DNA of 62,850 nt, filler included, from Nemertoderma westbladi (GCA_032718475.1; 4 parts of 4 records of this genome joined end to end with filler, not necessarily neighbours in it), one strand, 5' to 3'; numbered from the whole stretch's first letter, positions 21,914 to 34,586 are shown. The notes: generated by a model not told the origin, from the sequence alone. A program made the numbers and translations.

Positions 21914-24532
21914 ATGGTCGGAACGGGAACTCCTACGGTGGAGTACGCGAATCCGTTGGAACAAACACCCTACTCTGCCACGACGGATAGGATGGTCGGA
22001 ACGGGAACTACTACGGTGGAGTACGCAAGTCCATTGGAACAACCATTGGACAGTCCATTGGGTGGTATAGGCACAATTACAGATAAATGTAAACCTAAGG
22101 GTCCCAAAATCAGTAGAAATTTTCGGGGCATTGTTGATGTATTATCTTTTATAAAAAGATTTTACAATCGCCGAACGCTAACTCTAGTAGAAACGTGGTT
22201 GGACTCTATTAAGAATCTAAGTGCTCTCAAGGGTAATAAATATTTTTTGGTGACATGTTATAACGAGAGATTAACACCACAGAGTTTAAGACTGAAAGCC
22301 CCTAGACAATTTAACACAAGTATTAGTAAGGAAGCTGAATTTAAATATGTAAAATTGGCTATAGCTAAATGTAATGCGGACATTATTGTGCTTATCGAAC
22401 AGATTGATAATTTAAAGCTAGCCTTAAAAGGAAGTTACCTTAATTTTGATGTGTTTAATAAGGTAGACAGTTTTATGGTTAGTAATTTAGATGTCTTATA
22501 CAGTAAAGAAATAATACGTTATAACACTAAATTAAACTGGATGCGGGAAAAACCCCACAATAAACAAAGCCCCAGTGTAAAAACTACTGTACAGGATACT
22601 GTATTGAATCTAAGTAGTAGACTTATTAGTAAAGTAGAATTATCTGTGCTGTCCCTAGGACTTAATTTTGAACCCAGACTGTGGAAAATGCCAGTAGCCG
22701 AGTTTATAGTGTCTATTGAGGATGGCGCTAAACAGTTAGGTGATACGAAAGGAGCGGCGTTCAGACATGAGGCCTTGTCCATTTTACAGAGTCACAAAGA
22801 TACACCTAGAATAAAAAATTTGTCAAAGGATGAATGGGCCGCGGTCAAAAGTCTTGCGAGTGACTCCTCTATAATCATACGACCAGCAGACAAAGGTAAT
22901 AAAACTGTAGTCATGGATAGAGATACCTATCATAACAAGATGAGGGAAATATTAGATGACTCTAGCCAATATTCTTTAATCCATAATAACCCAGTAAGGA
23001 TGTATGAACGGCGAGTAAATTCTACACTAAGGGATTTAGTTAACTCGGGTAATATGAAACACTCTTTACGTACAAAGTTAGGATCCCATTACTCACAACT
23101 ACCTTATACTTATGGGAACCCCAAAATCCACAAGACAGAAGTACCGCTTCGAAACATTGTGGCTTTCCAGAACGCCCCTAGCGGTAATATTGCTACATAT
23201 ATAGCTAAAATATTAGCGTTTTATTTACCTCAAGGTGAATCCTATATTAGAAACTCAGCCGAATTGACGGATAAAATTAAATCTATAACGGTAGATAATC
23301 GGTTTATACAATGTAGTTTTGATATTGTGAATATGTTCGGCAACATCCCTAGGGATGAAGCTAGAGACGTAGTTATGGATCTAATACTACAGGACTCAGA
23401 GTTTAGTGAACGCACAGACATATCTGTAAATACTTTTGGTACTCTATTAGATTTAGTACTAAACCAAACTGCTTTCCAATACGAAGACCAGTACTTTAAA
23501 CAGATAAGGGGTTTACCTATGGGTAATCCAGTGTCCCCTGTCATGAGTTGTATCTTTATGTATAGTTTGGAGCGGAAAGCTAGAGGTATAGGTTTTTTAC
23601 CAGACTTGTGGTATCGATATGTCGATGACACTTGGACTGTTGTAGATCTTAACCATGTTGAAGCCCTATTAGACAATTTAAATTCGTTACATCAGGATAT
23701 TAAATTTACAGTTGAATACCAAAACGTTAAGGGACAGTTACCTTTTTTGGACGTACTAATTGGTTTAGTTGATGGTAAATTCTCGACTGACGTTTATCAA
23801 AAACCTACCCACTCCAACAGGTACTTAAACTTTTCATCCAACCACCACCCACGGGTGAAACAAAGCGTATGCAGTGCATTATTTTTTAGATCCAATCGTA
23901 TTTGTTCTACTGTAGATGCACGAAATCGCACTCAAACCAAACTGGCTAACACATTAGCTAATAATGGTTATCCTACCAGAATTATTCATAGTACAAAGAG
24001 ACGTATCAATAGACAATTCGACCAACCTAAACCTGTACCACCCAAGGACAAAATTGACATAAGACTTGGCTTACCATATGAGGAAGGCCTCACTGAAAGT
24101 TTGGAAAAAATCTGCGCTCTCTATGGGGTGGCAACTTACTTTGTACCGGGGCAAAAGTTGGCATCCTTTCTGCTAAAAGGTCACAAACCGGTGACTGATC
24201 ATAGGGGCGTAATATATAGGATCCCTTGCGAATGTGGGCTAACATATATAGGTGAAACTAAATACAGTATGGATGTCCGTTTAACGCAACATGACAGTGA
24301 TGTAAGACACGGTAGATTCAAAGCATCGGATCTAGCAGCTCACCATGTGGATACTGGTCATGTGCCAAGTTTTGAGTTAGCAGAAGTCATAGGTAGACAA
24401 ACCCAGTTACGTAGGAGAAAAATCTTAGAAAGTCTTAATATCCGATCATTGGGGGACAAAGCTATTAATAAAAGGACATCGGTGGACGTTGACCATTTAA
24501 GTGTAGGGGCATTACAAAAATATATGAACTAA
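21914..24532 (+). CDS. Penelope-like element (Penelope/Poseidon type) RT plus GIY-YIG endonuclease, uninterrupted
   Basis: LSLGLNF, RPADKG, YGNPKIHK, SFDIVNMF, GLPMGNPVSP, RYVDD, FLDV, YQKPTH, GVIYRIPCECGLTYIGET. The true start may lie in the gap. Confidence 0.95.
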   Translation: MVGTGTPTVEYANPLEQTPYSATTDRMVGTGTTTVEYASPLEQPLDSPLGGIGTITDKCKPKGPKISRNFRGIVDVLSFIKRFYNRRTLTLVETWLDSIKNLSALKGNKYFLVTCYNERLTPQSLRLKAPRQFNTSISKEAEFKYVKLAIAKCNADIIVLIEQIDNLKLALKGSYLNFDVFNKVDSFMVSNLDVLYSKEIIRYNTKLNWMREKPHNKQSPSVKTTVQDTVLNLSSRLISKVELSVLSLGLNFEPRLWKMPVAEFIVSIEDGAKQLGDTKGAAFRHEALSILQSHKDTPRIKNLSKDEWAAVKSLASDSSIIIRPADKGNKTVVMDRDTYHNKMREILDDSSQYSLIHNNPVRMYERRVNSTLRDLVNSGNMKHSLRTKLGSHYSQLPYTYGNPKIHKTEVPLRNIVAFQNAPSGNIATYIAKILAFYLPQGESYIRNSAELTDKIKSITVDNRFIQCSFDIVNMFGNIPRDEARDVVMDLILQDSEFSERTDISVNTFGTLLDLVLNQTAFQYEDQYFKQIRGLPMGNPVSPVMSCIFMYSLERKARGIGFLPDLWYRYVDDTWTVVDLNHVEALLDNLNSLHQDIKFTVEYQNVKGQLPFLDVLIGLVDGKFSTDVYQKPTHSNRYLNFSSNHHPRVKQSVCSALFFRSNRICSTVDARNRTQTKLANTLANNGYPTRIIHSTKRRINRQFDQPKPVPPKDKIDIRLGLPYEEGLTESLEKICALYGVATYFVPGQKLASFLLKGHKPVTDHRGVIYRIPCECGLTYIGETKYSMDVRLTQHDSDVRHGRFKASDLAAHHVDTGHVPSFELAEVIGRQTQLRRRKILESLNIRSLGDKAINKRTSVDVDHLSVGALQKYMN

Positions 24533-24604
24533 TATTTTGTAGTACATTGTGTGTATGTGTGGGTGAATGTGTATTTTTTCTTTCTGTGATTGTGCCAATT
24601 GTTT

Positions 24605-25090
24605 GTGGGGCGAGCCACGAAGTTGGCGGAGCCTTAGCGAATTGACACTGTTAGGGGGTGGGTCAATTTATGCAAATAGTTGTCGTCGTTGTCGTCATCG
24701 TCGTCGTCGTCGTTATGATTTTGACATGCTAATAACTTTGTCGGATTTAAAGCTGCCAAGTTGAAAATTTGTAGGTATCAATATGAGCAAAAGTTGAGAT
24801 TTTTGAGAGACTTTCAGACACCATCAGTGCAATGGTCTCCCGCTAGAGGGCCACATGTCTAAACATTAAATGCCCTCCCATTTCTTTGCTTTTAATCCGT
24901 TTAAGCTGAAACTTGGCAGATATGTATTAGACCATTAGCTGTGACTTTCAAAGGAGGCGAATCCATCTGCAGTTCTCCAGTCTGCCGCTAGAGGGCCAAC
25001 GTGACTATTTGCATAAATTGACCTACCCCCTAACAGTGTCAATTCGCTAAGGCTCTGCCAACTTCGTGCTGCGCGAAGTCCCCACTTCGT
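24605..25090 (+). mobile_element. HINE/DINE-like (Helentron-associated) or MITE element, copy 1
   Basis: About 65-bp inverted repeats, (GTC)n microsatellite, 3' hairpin CGAAG-TCCCCA-CTTCG. Near-identical to 45406-45912. Confidence 0.85.
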
Positions 25091-25721
25091 GTAATATACT
25101 GTATGTTTAGTACTGTAGTTGTGGTCTCATGTAGTGTTTTTTATATTATACTGCTTTTGTGCTATAATATCCGTTAAGTTACTGTATGGTGGTTATTTGT
25201 CTTGTCAGTCAGTGCATTGGTTATTTTCAGTATTTTGCAGTATTACAACTTAGGTTAGTACTGGGTTAGGTATTATTATACAGTTTTGATTTTAGGTACC
25301 TTACTGTGACTATAGTTAGGCCAGTTTGCAGGACTGTGTTATTATTCCATTATTATTATTATGCGATTAGGATTACATACATATCTCACTTTCAATATAT
25401 CTATCTTCTATTAGTTAGTTCTGTTTTGTTATTGACAATGAATTATAATATTAATTCGAAATATATTTACGATATCGCTGTATTGCTCCGTTTTCTTTAA
25501 TATTATTAATTTTGCAACTATCTACACTAACTTGAATTACATTATTTATCATAGGTTCCATTATGTTTTTAAAGATAAGCATTGGTCCAGCAAACGCATA
25601 ACTTGCACAACATTGGTTACTGTTAAATAACTGCAATTATTGGTTAATCTACCTTGAGCAGATACAATTCAATCATAGTGGTCAATTCAATTAAGTTGAA
25701 AATTGGCACAAAAAACAATTT

Positions 25722-25793
25722 ACACCAGCTAGGATTTGAACTCGATACCTATCAAACGAATTTCTAACGCATAACCAACTGAGCTACTGAACC
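25722..25793 (-). pseudogene. tRNA-like (A/B box) sequence, SINE head or tRNA pseudogene
   Basis: TAGCTCAGTTGG ... GAGTTCAAATCC. Cloverleaf not intact. Confidence 0.5.
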
Positions 25794-26693
25794 ACTTGAA
25801 TAATGTTGTACAAATAACTAGACCAAATGCAAATGAGAACTTAATGTAATCTTATAACATATGAACATATCAAATAATACAAATTAATTCCAACTAATTA
25901 AAATTTTGAAATTTTACGGCTTTTGTGAGGATATAATTCTATATTCAGTTATATAATAATTTCTGAATATGTGATGTGGCATAATCAACGTCGAATAAGA
26001 AAAAAGATGGGATGTGGCATAATCAACGTCGAATAAAAAAAAGAGATGGGAAGCAATGTGGATGAATGGTTGGTTGGTTGGTTGCGTGGATAGGAAATAC
26101 GAGTACGAATATGAATCATTGGGTTGTGCGTAATAATAATAATAATCAATAATTATAATAAAAACGCGCAGTATAATGTTAGCCTTTCAATATGGCACAG
26201 ATGCTGTGGGTTAGGTTAGGTTGAGTAACTATGGAAATCGACAACGTGTACGTGACAACGTGTACGCATAGTGGAATTTCATGTATCATACTGGTTGGTT
26301 GGTTGGTTGGTTTGGTAACAGCAGTCGAGTAGCTCTAGCAATGGGTACATCGATGAGTTGGCAATCGATATAATAGCGTGGCGTGGCATGACGTGGTATA
26401 TGCGTGTGCGGAGATGGCAACGTCCGTGACTGACTCTATCGTTGTCATCATATACAGTATGTGGTAGCAAGGCGAAAAGGGGAGTAACCAGAGGGCTAGG
26501 CGAGCATCGCTGTTGGTTGGTAACAAGAGTCGAGTAGCGATGGGTAGATGGGGGCTATCCATACATCGCAAGATTAGGCTACACATAGATGAATATTGAT
26601 GATTGGTTGATGCAGCGACGCGAATCAATACTAACGGTGGTAACAGCAGTCGAGTAAGGCAAGCATCGCTAGGTTAGGCTACGCATAGATGAA

Positions 26694-27260
26694 TGTTAGC
26701 TTATTCAATTCCGCTAACCACCCCATAAAGTGAGGTTTAAGCAATATTGGGGAACACGAGGGTGATCAATCAACCTCGTGTCACCCCAACAAATTGGGAA
26801 GGAGAAACCCCAAAGAACACACGCACAATAGGGGTCAGGGGCTACACCCCTGAGAGAGAGGGAATAGCAAGGGTAAAGGGAAGCACTCCAAAGGGAGGTA
26901 AAAAGGGCGACAACAGGGTTATTAGCCAATGGGGGGAAGGCATTGGCTGAGTAGTGTTATGTGGCCAACCGTGCAATATATACTACCAGCTCTGTATCAT
27001 TTATTCACTTCAGTAAGTCAGCTAGTTAGGACGGTACCGGAACTCTAATTACCGTCACCGTCATCCCAGCAGTATACAGCAATATATCATTTACCGGTAC
27101 ACTATAACATCCATTTATTAAACTATCATATATTATACTATTATACCCGGGAAACAACATACATCGATCAATAACTCGTTTCCACCTTTTCACCTACATA
27201 CGGCGGGGACGCGTAGATTAGAAACCGGATAAACCGGGATCCTCGGTGGATCCCGTCACA
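26694..27260 (-). mobile_element. Solo LTR (567 bp)
   Basis: TG...CA ends and 5-bp TSD ATGAA. The empty site matches the neighbouring repeat at about 26585. AATAAA on the minus strand near 27000. Confidence 0.75.
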
Positions 27261-27389
27261 ATGAATATCGATGATTGGTTGATGCAACGATTCAAATCAA
27301 TACTGTTGGTGACAGATGGTCATTAAACACCGACAAATTGGGCATTTTGAAAAGTCCTCCGAGATATCTCCCTTTTTGTCTACTACTCA

Positions 27390-28206
27390 CGAGATGGTAC
27401 GGAGGCCAGAGAGGAGTTGGTACACAGAGATGGTATGGAAGCTCAGAGAGGAGTTGGTACACAGATAGGGTACGGATGCCAGATAGGAATTCGTACATAG
27501 AGAGGGTATGAAAGGTCAGAGAGGAGTTGGTACACAGAGATGGTATGGAGGCCAGATAAGAATTCGTACATAGAGAGGGTATGGAAGCTCAGAGAGGAGT
27601 TGGTACACAGAGATGGTATGGAAGCTCAGAGAGGAGTTGATACTCAGAGATGGTACGGAGGCCAGATAGGAGTTTGTACACAGAGATGGTATAGAAGCTC
27701 AGAGAGGAGTTGGCACACAGAGATGGTACGGAGGCCAGAGAGGAATTCGTACAAAGAGAGGGTATGGAAGCTCAGAGAGGAGTTGTGGTACACAGAGATG
27801 GTACAGAGGCCAGAGGGGAATTCGTACAAAGAGAGGGTATAGAACCTCAGAGAGAGTTGGTACACAGAGAGGGTATGGAAGCTCAGAGAGGAGTTGGTAC
27901 ACAGAGAGGGTATGGAAGCTCTGAGAGGAGTTGGTACACAGAGACGGTACGGAGGCCAGAGAGGAATTCGTACACAGAGAGGGTATGGAAGCTCAGAGAG
28001 GAGTTGTGGTACGCAGAGGTGGTACAGAGGCCAGAGAGGAATTCGTACACGGAGAGGGTATGGAAGCTCAGAGAGGAGTTGTGGTACACAGAGATGGTAC
28101 GGAGACCAGAGAGGAATTCGTACACAGAGAGGGTATGGAAGCTCAGAGAGGAGTTGGTACACAGAGAGGGTATAGAAGCTCAGTAAGGAGTTGGTACACA
28201 GAGAGT
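27390..28206. repeat. Complex minisatellite of about 33-36 bp (GAGATGGTACGGAGGCCAGAGAGGAATTCGTACACA / GAGGGTATGGAAGCTCAGAGAGGAGTTGGTACACA)
   Basis: Directly visible. It explains the cluster of overlapping ORFs. Confidence 0.92.
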
Positions 28207-28343
28207 GTATTGACTAATGAAGGCCAGTACTTTAACAATAATACTGTAGTTAGTTCTAAGTGTAGTTAGACCTGCTGAGGTTTTACAAACATTATTGTTA
28301 TACAACTAAACATATGACCAATCTGCTTTGAGAACAAACTTAC

Positions 28344-28448
28344 AGTTTCTCTTCCAACTAATTTGTTGGAGTCCTCGTTGTTGTCTCCATTGCACTCCAC
28401 CGCTAAATAAGCTGCCAGAGCTAAGAGTAGGAGAGTTGTCTTTGACAT
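28344..28448 (-). CDS. Probable first coding exon of a secreted protein (MSKTTLLLLALAAYLAVECNGDNNEDSNKLVGRET)
   Basis: ATG, classic n/h/c signal-peptide pattern, consensus donor |GTAAGT at phase 0. Confidence 0.6.
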
Positions 28449-30049
28449 TGTAGAGTTGTGATAAATAAACTTTTTACACAAATGAAAATAAAATCTTCTG
28501 TGAATGACTATAATGACACAAACATACCCTATATAACTCAAGGAGTACAGACCTACAAATACTTTAGATACTGTCTGATGTATGCTTAGTAGAAGCAAAG
28601 TAGCTCAATGTTAACAAAGGGATCAGTTTATATGAATAAATAATTGGTCTATTTTATGAAATAAAGTAACGGACTGATAGACCAACACAAACTATCCTAC
28701 TAAAACGGTGCCTTGGATATCAGATGTTGCATAGTCTATATTGGTTTAGGTAAACTAACAAAGAGGAAAGGATTTATATTAATAAATATTTGAAATTCCA
28801 ACTTGTTGTCGTCATGTGATGTCTGCATAATAGGGTAATGACTAATATACATTGCGGTGTGGAGTGGAGTTGATATGAATCTATCGAGGGTAGTTTACAG
28901 AACCCAAGTTATATAAAAAAATGAAGTTTATTAATTTTAAAAGATATTGAAATTTAGAGGCATCATGCTTATCAATAAAATTTAGTTATATAGGCGAAAT
29001 TTACAAAGCAAACAGAACAGGCGCTAACATACATGAGTCTGGGTTGGGCTAGGCTGTCTAGCATTCAAAGCACTGTGACCAAACAGTGCTGCCACATCTA
29101 GAGATCGAACAATTTAGACCTGATACATAGGAAACCCAGGAATGTCACCTCTAGACCAATCTGCTCTATTCAAAATAAACATAAAGACACTTTTAGCTGA
29201 TTCATAACTTCGGCCTTTGGGAGATATATTTCTTTACGTTTCTTCCATCATCATCTTATCATTACCAACAACATTTAGCTCATTTCTCACACATCAAACC
29301 ATACAGTAGGGCCTACCTACTGTACACTATATGTACAGTATATACTGTACAGCATTGGGGGGTCTCATTTGTTTCCTAAGCTTATCTCGCGTGCAAATTG
29401 TTTTCGCCATGAGGAACAGTCTGTGACTCTGAGAGATAAATGGCTGCGACATGACGCCGGCAATATAATACACACAATTGTATTGCCACGTTGCAGCCAT
29501 ATTTCGAGCGTTACTGTATGGAATACTTCTTCCAGCTGCTGCTCTGGTTGCAGCTCAGTATCCCACGTGTAATGTGACTGACTGCCAAACAGCTACTGTA
29601 GGACAGTAGATTAGGGTGGAGTGAAAAAAAGTTTTTTCTTTATTTTTAAGGAAAGCACTATTTTTCTGATGCTAAATCGGTCTAAACTAACTTTGAAAAA
29701 AAAATTGATTTCGAAAAATTCTAAGCGGGCCTCATGGCACTTGAAAATTTCAAAATTTTGGGAAGGCAATGCCAGTTTCTTCTTAGATATTCAATTCTTA
29801 GATATTTTGTATTTTTGATAAAAGTTAAGGAAGATGCAAATATTTAATGTCAAATAGGTGGGAAACAAACACAAAATGTGAAATTGTGATTTTCATATAA
29901 ATCTACCCCAGCCTCATGGCCTTTAAATTTTTGCAAAATTCGCCAAATATTTCACCCCAAAAATGCAGCAATCCTACTTTGTAGTCTCTATAGTTGAAAT
30001 CGATTTACTGTGGTTTGGAGTAGTACTTCCTGTGTGAAAAGTCCCCTTC

Positions 30050-30547
30050 TGCTCCTTTCCCTGATTTGGTAAAGTAACTGTTTATTGTTTTGGTTAGAAA
30101 ATCCGGCCTTAACCTGCTCCTTTCCATCAATTGGTAATTGTTTTTGGCTATAAAATGAGTGTTTTGCTACGTCATGTGTTAATCGATTATCGACAACAAT
30201 CACAAACTATTAAATTTAGAGTCTTTTACCACAGGCGCATATGGAATTATATCTCATAGTCTATAAATCATGGAATCATGGAATGTTTTGGCACAGGCAT
30301 AGTGAAATCAACTGTCTGACAGTCCAGAAATCAACAAATTTTGAATGTTTTGGCATAGGCATGTTGAAATCAACTGTCTGACAGTCCAGAAATCAGCAGT
30401 CTGACAGTTTGAAGAAATACATACATAAAAAATCATTAAAAGGACAATAATAAAGTCATTAAAAGGACAACAAAAGTCATTATGCATAATTCGTAAAAAA
30501 AGGAGGACAAAAAAAGTCAAATAAAAGGACATAAAAAATCACTGCCT
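30050..30547 (-). mobile_element. Partial copy of the MULE-like non-autonomous family
   Basis: Matches about 32290-32728 and ends AAAAATCACTGCC. Confidence 0.8.
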
Positions 30548-30837
30548 TTCAAAATTTGCTTAATTATACAGTAGTTTAGGTTGTTAGGCTAAATATTGCC
30601 ATTTTACTCTGTAGTACCTATTTGGATGATTGATATTGGGGATGATTGGTTGTGGATATCCATTCAATCCCAATGTTGTAACAATGAAAATGGTGAAGTT
30701 GGTGTGATATTATTTATACAGGTGACATATTTTATTACTGCCCACTAGCGCAATATACACATTGTATGTATAAGGATGCTAAGTATACTATAACACCTCA
30801 AATTGTAATGTATTATTATCGGAAATCCTAGTTGGGA

Positions 30838-31086
30838 CTATAACAGTAGACTCATTGCTGCTTCTAATACAGTATCAATCCGAACATATATTGGTTTATC
30901 TCTAGGATAAATCGATTTAAGTGCCTGGCCATTAAATATAAAGTTATCAGACACAGACAGGGGTAGAATTGATTTATTGAAAACTTTAATAAACTCAAAG
31001 TCAGAATTGCATGACGGTGGTGCTAATGAATTCATAATTACTGACCACACTTCTTCTTGAGTGGAATTGTCAGTATATGTTACCAT
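30838..31086 (-). pseudogene. Protein-like fragment of unknown family, possibly transposon cargo
   Basis: Globular-looking FEFIKV...FNGQALKSI...PIYVR. Not assignable by eye. Confidence 0.3.
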
Positions 31087-31305
31087 GCATTGTTTAATAA
31101 TGGTATCTTTACAAACTCAAGTATATCGCCTTCTTCTGTTTTGATAACAATGACTGACAACAACAACAATAACGGATGAGTGAGTTAAACCGATAAGAAA
31201 TAATTTAGTCTGATTCAATGAATTACATTAGTCTTACTCTATTCATGTATTCAATGTTAAAACAGATTTGAATTTACCGCCAAAATATAGATAGCAGATC
31301 TGATC

Positions 31306-32728
31306 CGCAATAATTTTTATTGTCCGTTTTTATCCTTTTTTTGTCCTTTTTTTTTATTTTTTATGTCCTCCAAAAGTCTAATGTTATTCTGTATTTTAGT
31401 ACCAGTACCGGCACCGGTACTGCTATAGGCCTACTGTGTAGCCTACCATTTAAATACGGTAATGGGAGGCCTACTGGCCTACCGGTTGTGCTAATAAATT
31501 TTAAATAATTGATAGGCAAAACTGGATTGCAGGATTGTGGAAAATGTTAATATATCTTTGACATAATTTAGGCCTATTACTGTAATAGTTTTATAATCAA
31601 TAATGGATCATGACTACTGTCTGAGTAGTGTTACGGATAGCGGCACCACTACTTCCAACAGCACAGAAGGCCCGCCTCTGTAATCTGCCCCTTTCCCTCA
31701 ATTAGCTAAATGATCGTTTATTGTTTTGGTTAGATAATCCCGCCTCTGTAACCTGCTCCTTTCCCTCAATTGTTAATGTTATCGTTTATTGTTTTGGTTA
31801 GAAAATCCCGCCTCTGTAACCTGCTCCTTTCTCTCAATTGGTAATGTTATCGTTTATTGTTTTGGTTAGAAAATCCCGTCTCTGTAACCTGCTCCTTTCC
31901 CTCAATTAGGTAAATGATCGGTTATTGTTTTGGTTAGAAAATCCCGTCTCTGTAACCTGCTCCTTTCCCTGATTTGGTAAAGTGACTGTTTATTGTTTTG
32001 ATTAGAAAGGCCCGCCTCTGTAACCTGCCCCTTTCCCTCAATTAGCTAAATGATCGTTTATTGTTTTGGTTAGATAATCCCGCCTCTGTAACCTGTTCCT
32101 TTCCCTCAATTGGTAATGTTATCGTTTATTGTTTTGGTTAGAAAATCCCGCCTCTGTAACCTGCTCCTTTCCCTGATTTGGTAAAGTGACTGTTTATTGT
32201 TTCGGTTAGAAAATCCGGCCTTAACCTGCTCCTTTCCCTCAATTAGTTAAATGATTGTTTATTGTTTTGGTTAGAAAATCCCGTCTCTGTAACCTGCTCC
32301 TTTCCCTGATTTGGTAAAGTGAATGTTTATTGTTTTGGTTAGAAAACTCGGCCTTAACCTGCTCCTTTCCATCAATTGGTAATTGTTTTTGCCTATAAAA
32401 TGAGTGTTTTTCTACGTCATGTGGTAATCGATTATCGACAACAACCACAAACTATTAAATATAGAGTCTTTTTACCACAGGCGCATATGGAAATCTATCT
32501 CATAGTCTATAAATCATGGAATCATGGAATGTTTTGGCACAGGCATAGTGAAATCAACTGTCTGACAGTCCAGAAATCAGCAGTCTGACAGTTTGAAGAA
32601 ATACATACATAAAAAGTCATTAAAATGACAATAAAAGTCATTAAATGGACAACAGAAGTCATTATGCATAATTCGTAAAAAAAAAATGACAAAAAAAGTC
32701 AAATAAAAGGACATAAAAAATCACTGCC
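31306..32728 (-). mobile_element. MULE-like non-autonomous element with 9-bp TSD and internal ~68-bp tandem repeats
   Basis: TSD GATCTGATC at 31297-31305 and 32729-32737. Imperfect TIRs CGCAATAATTTTT / AAAAATCACTGCC. Confidence 0.85.
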
Positions 32729-32743
32729 GATCTGATCTGGCAC

Positions 32744-32887
32744 ATACTAATACCGGTACTGATAGCCTGAGAGAACAGCAGTAGAGAAACCGGTAGCATG
32801 GAACCTAACATTAAACTTTTGAAGGACATAAAAAATAAAAAAAAGGACAAAAAAAAGGATTTAAACGGACAATAAAAATTATTGCGT
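32744..32887 (+). mobile_element. Terminal fragment of the same MULE-like family
   Basis: Matches 38341-38461 joined to 40035-40056 and shows the empty TTAA site. Confidence 0.75.
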
Positions 32888-33599
32888 TTCCAGTACAAAT
32901 TACGTTTTTCAATCATTTGAATTTCACGCGCTATGGAGCAGGGTGGCATCTTTTAGGGACTTGTCTGTACGGCTTACTACTGGACGGGTGAAAATGTGGT
33001 GCATACAGTAAGTGCATGCATACAGTAAGTATAAAGCTGTACAGTAGTTTAGGTTAGTAATGTACAGTAATGTAAATATTGCCATTTTATTTTGTAGTAT
33101 TTATTTTTTTAAATAATCATAGCTTTTCGCTAAGTCCGCAGACCAAATAGGTACCAGTCTGCCACTGCCAGTCAGCCAGTATAATGAAGTAAATACGAAT
33201 TTATGACCCCAACTTGCTAACTTTCTGAACTTCGGTTCGGATTCGGTTCGGATCGGCACGAAGTTGGCCCTGCTTCAGTCCGGTCGGTTCGGCCCCATAA
33301 AGTGCCTTCTGTTGAACCCTAGTCATAACATGAATGTAAACAATATGCTAAAAGTAAAGTACAAAGTACCTGGAATGCTAGAATGTACCATTATATTCTA
33401 AGTAGTACACTGATGATACATACGGAGCTGCAAAGGTAACTTTCCAGAACTTAATCAGTTAATAGCTGTCTCTCATTTGTCATGCTTCATGTACCTTTAA
33501 GTTTGATTCTCAATGTCACGTCCAAAATTGGACTTCAAAAGTTTTCTTATTATTTATGCAATGACAAAAAACCGCAAGTCTTGTTGACTTAATTAAGGC

Positions 33600-34500
33600 A
33601 CTTACGGTCTTTTACCCTTGTAGCACTTATGCGACTTATGGTTTTTTCGCATTGCACGGCAGAATTCACAGTTTTAAAAAATTTAAATAAAAAAAATACT
33701 ATCCTTCCAGACAACCCTATCGTTCACAAAGCATATCACCGAAGTAACATGTAAGGCACTGAAGGCGGCTCACTCCATCAAGAACTCTCAACTGCTCTCA
33801 CTGGAAACTTCATTAGCATTATTTCGACTTAAAGTTCACCCGGTTGTTACATATGGACTGCGCGAAATCTGGCCCTTTCTCTCGGCAACTAACCTCCACT
33901 CACTGGACAAAATCAAATCCACATATCTAAAGAGAACTATCGGGGTGCACAAAAATTCACAAAACAGACTGGTATTAGCATTATGCGTGGAAGACAACTT
34001 CGTAGTCGAAATCGCCAAAAAGTTGAATCTTACGCACACGACGGAATATCAAAAGTACATGTTATGTATCCATAATAAACAGCAAGGAATTAACTCGGAT
34101 TTCTGGACGGCATTGGCTTTCTCGGATAGGAGGTGGACAAGATCAAACCAACGGAACCGCCATGTCATCACTAGACTCTCAATCCACGGGTATCACCACC
34201 TAGTTTGTAGTTCTAGAACATTCCACTACCCGAGTAGCGAATGCGTTTGTGAGCTGTGCGGACAACCGGCACTATTATATCATATACTTATGTGCCACCG
34301 CAACTTGAAATCCCTCAACCAGCTGGCGAACCACCACCTTCACACTTGCACATGAGGCATCGCACATAACTTTTAATTTTATTTATTGGTATATTTTATA
34401 TTTATTGGTATATTTTTATTATTAAATATGATCTCAATAATTTTAACACTTGTGGCTTATAACAGCAATTACCATATTTTGGTGTAATAAATAATAATAT
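33600..34500 (+). pseudogene. LINE ORF2 3' remnant with C-terminal CCHC knuckle and AT-rich tail
   Basis: ITRLSIHG...CELCGQPALLYHILMC followed by an AATAAATAATA tail. Confidence 0.45.
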
Positions 34501-34515
34501 AAAAGAAATACTTAA

Positions 34516-34586
34516 TCCGAGGTTGGTGTCGAACCCAGGACATGGGTCATAAGCTACGCAATGATTAACCACTACACCGCGGAGCC
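34516..34586 (-). pseudogene. tRNA-like (A/B box) sequence
   Basis: GGTGTAGTGG ... GGTTCGACACC. Anticodon arm degenerate. Confidence 0.5.

Noticed and set aside
24567-24764. Arg-rich ORFs (also 45404-45586)
   Set aside because: Translation of the (GTC)n microsatellite inside the twin element.
27540-28269. Many overlapping ORFs
   Set aside because: Products of a stop-poor minisatellite, open in several frames on both strands.
25722-34586. Functional tRNA genes at 25722 and 34516
   Set aside because: A and B boxes are present but the acceptor and anticodon stems do not pair properly.
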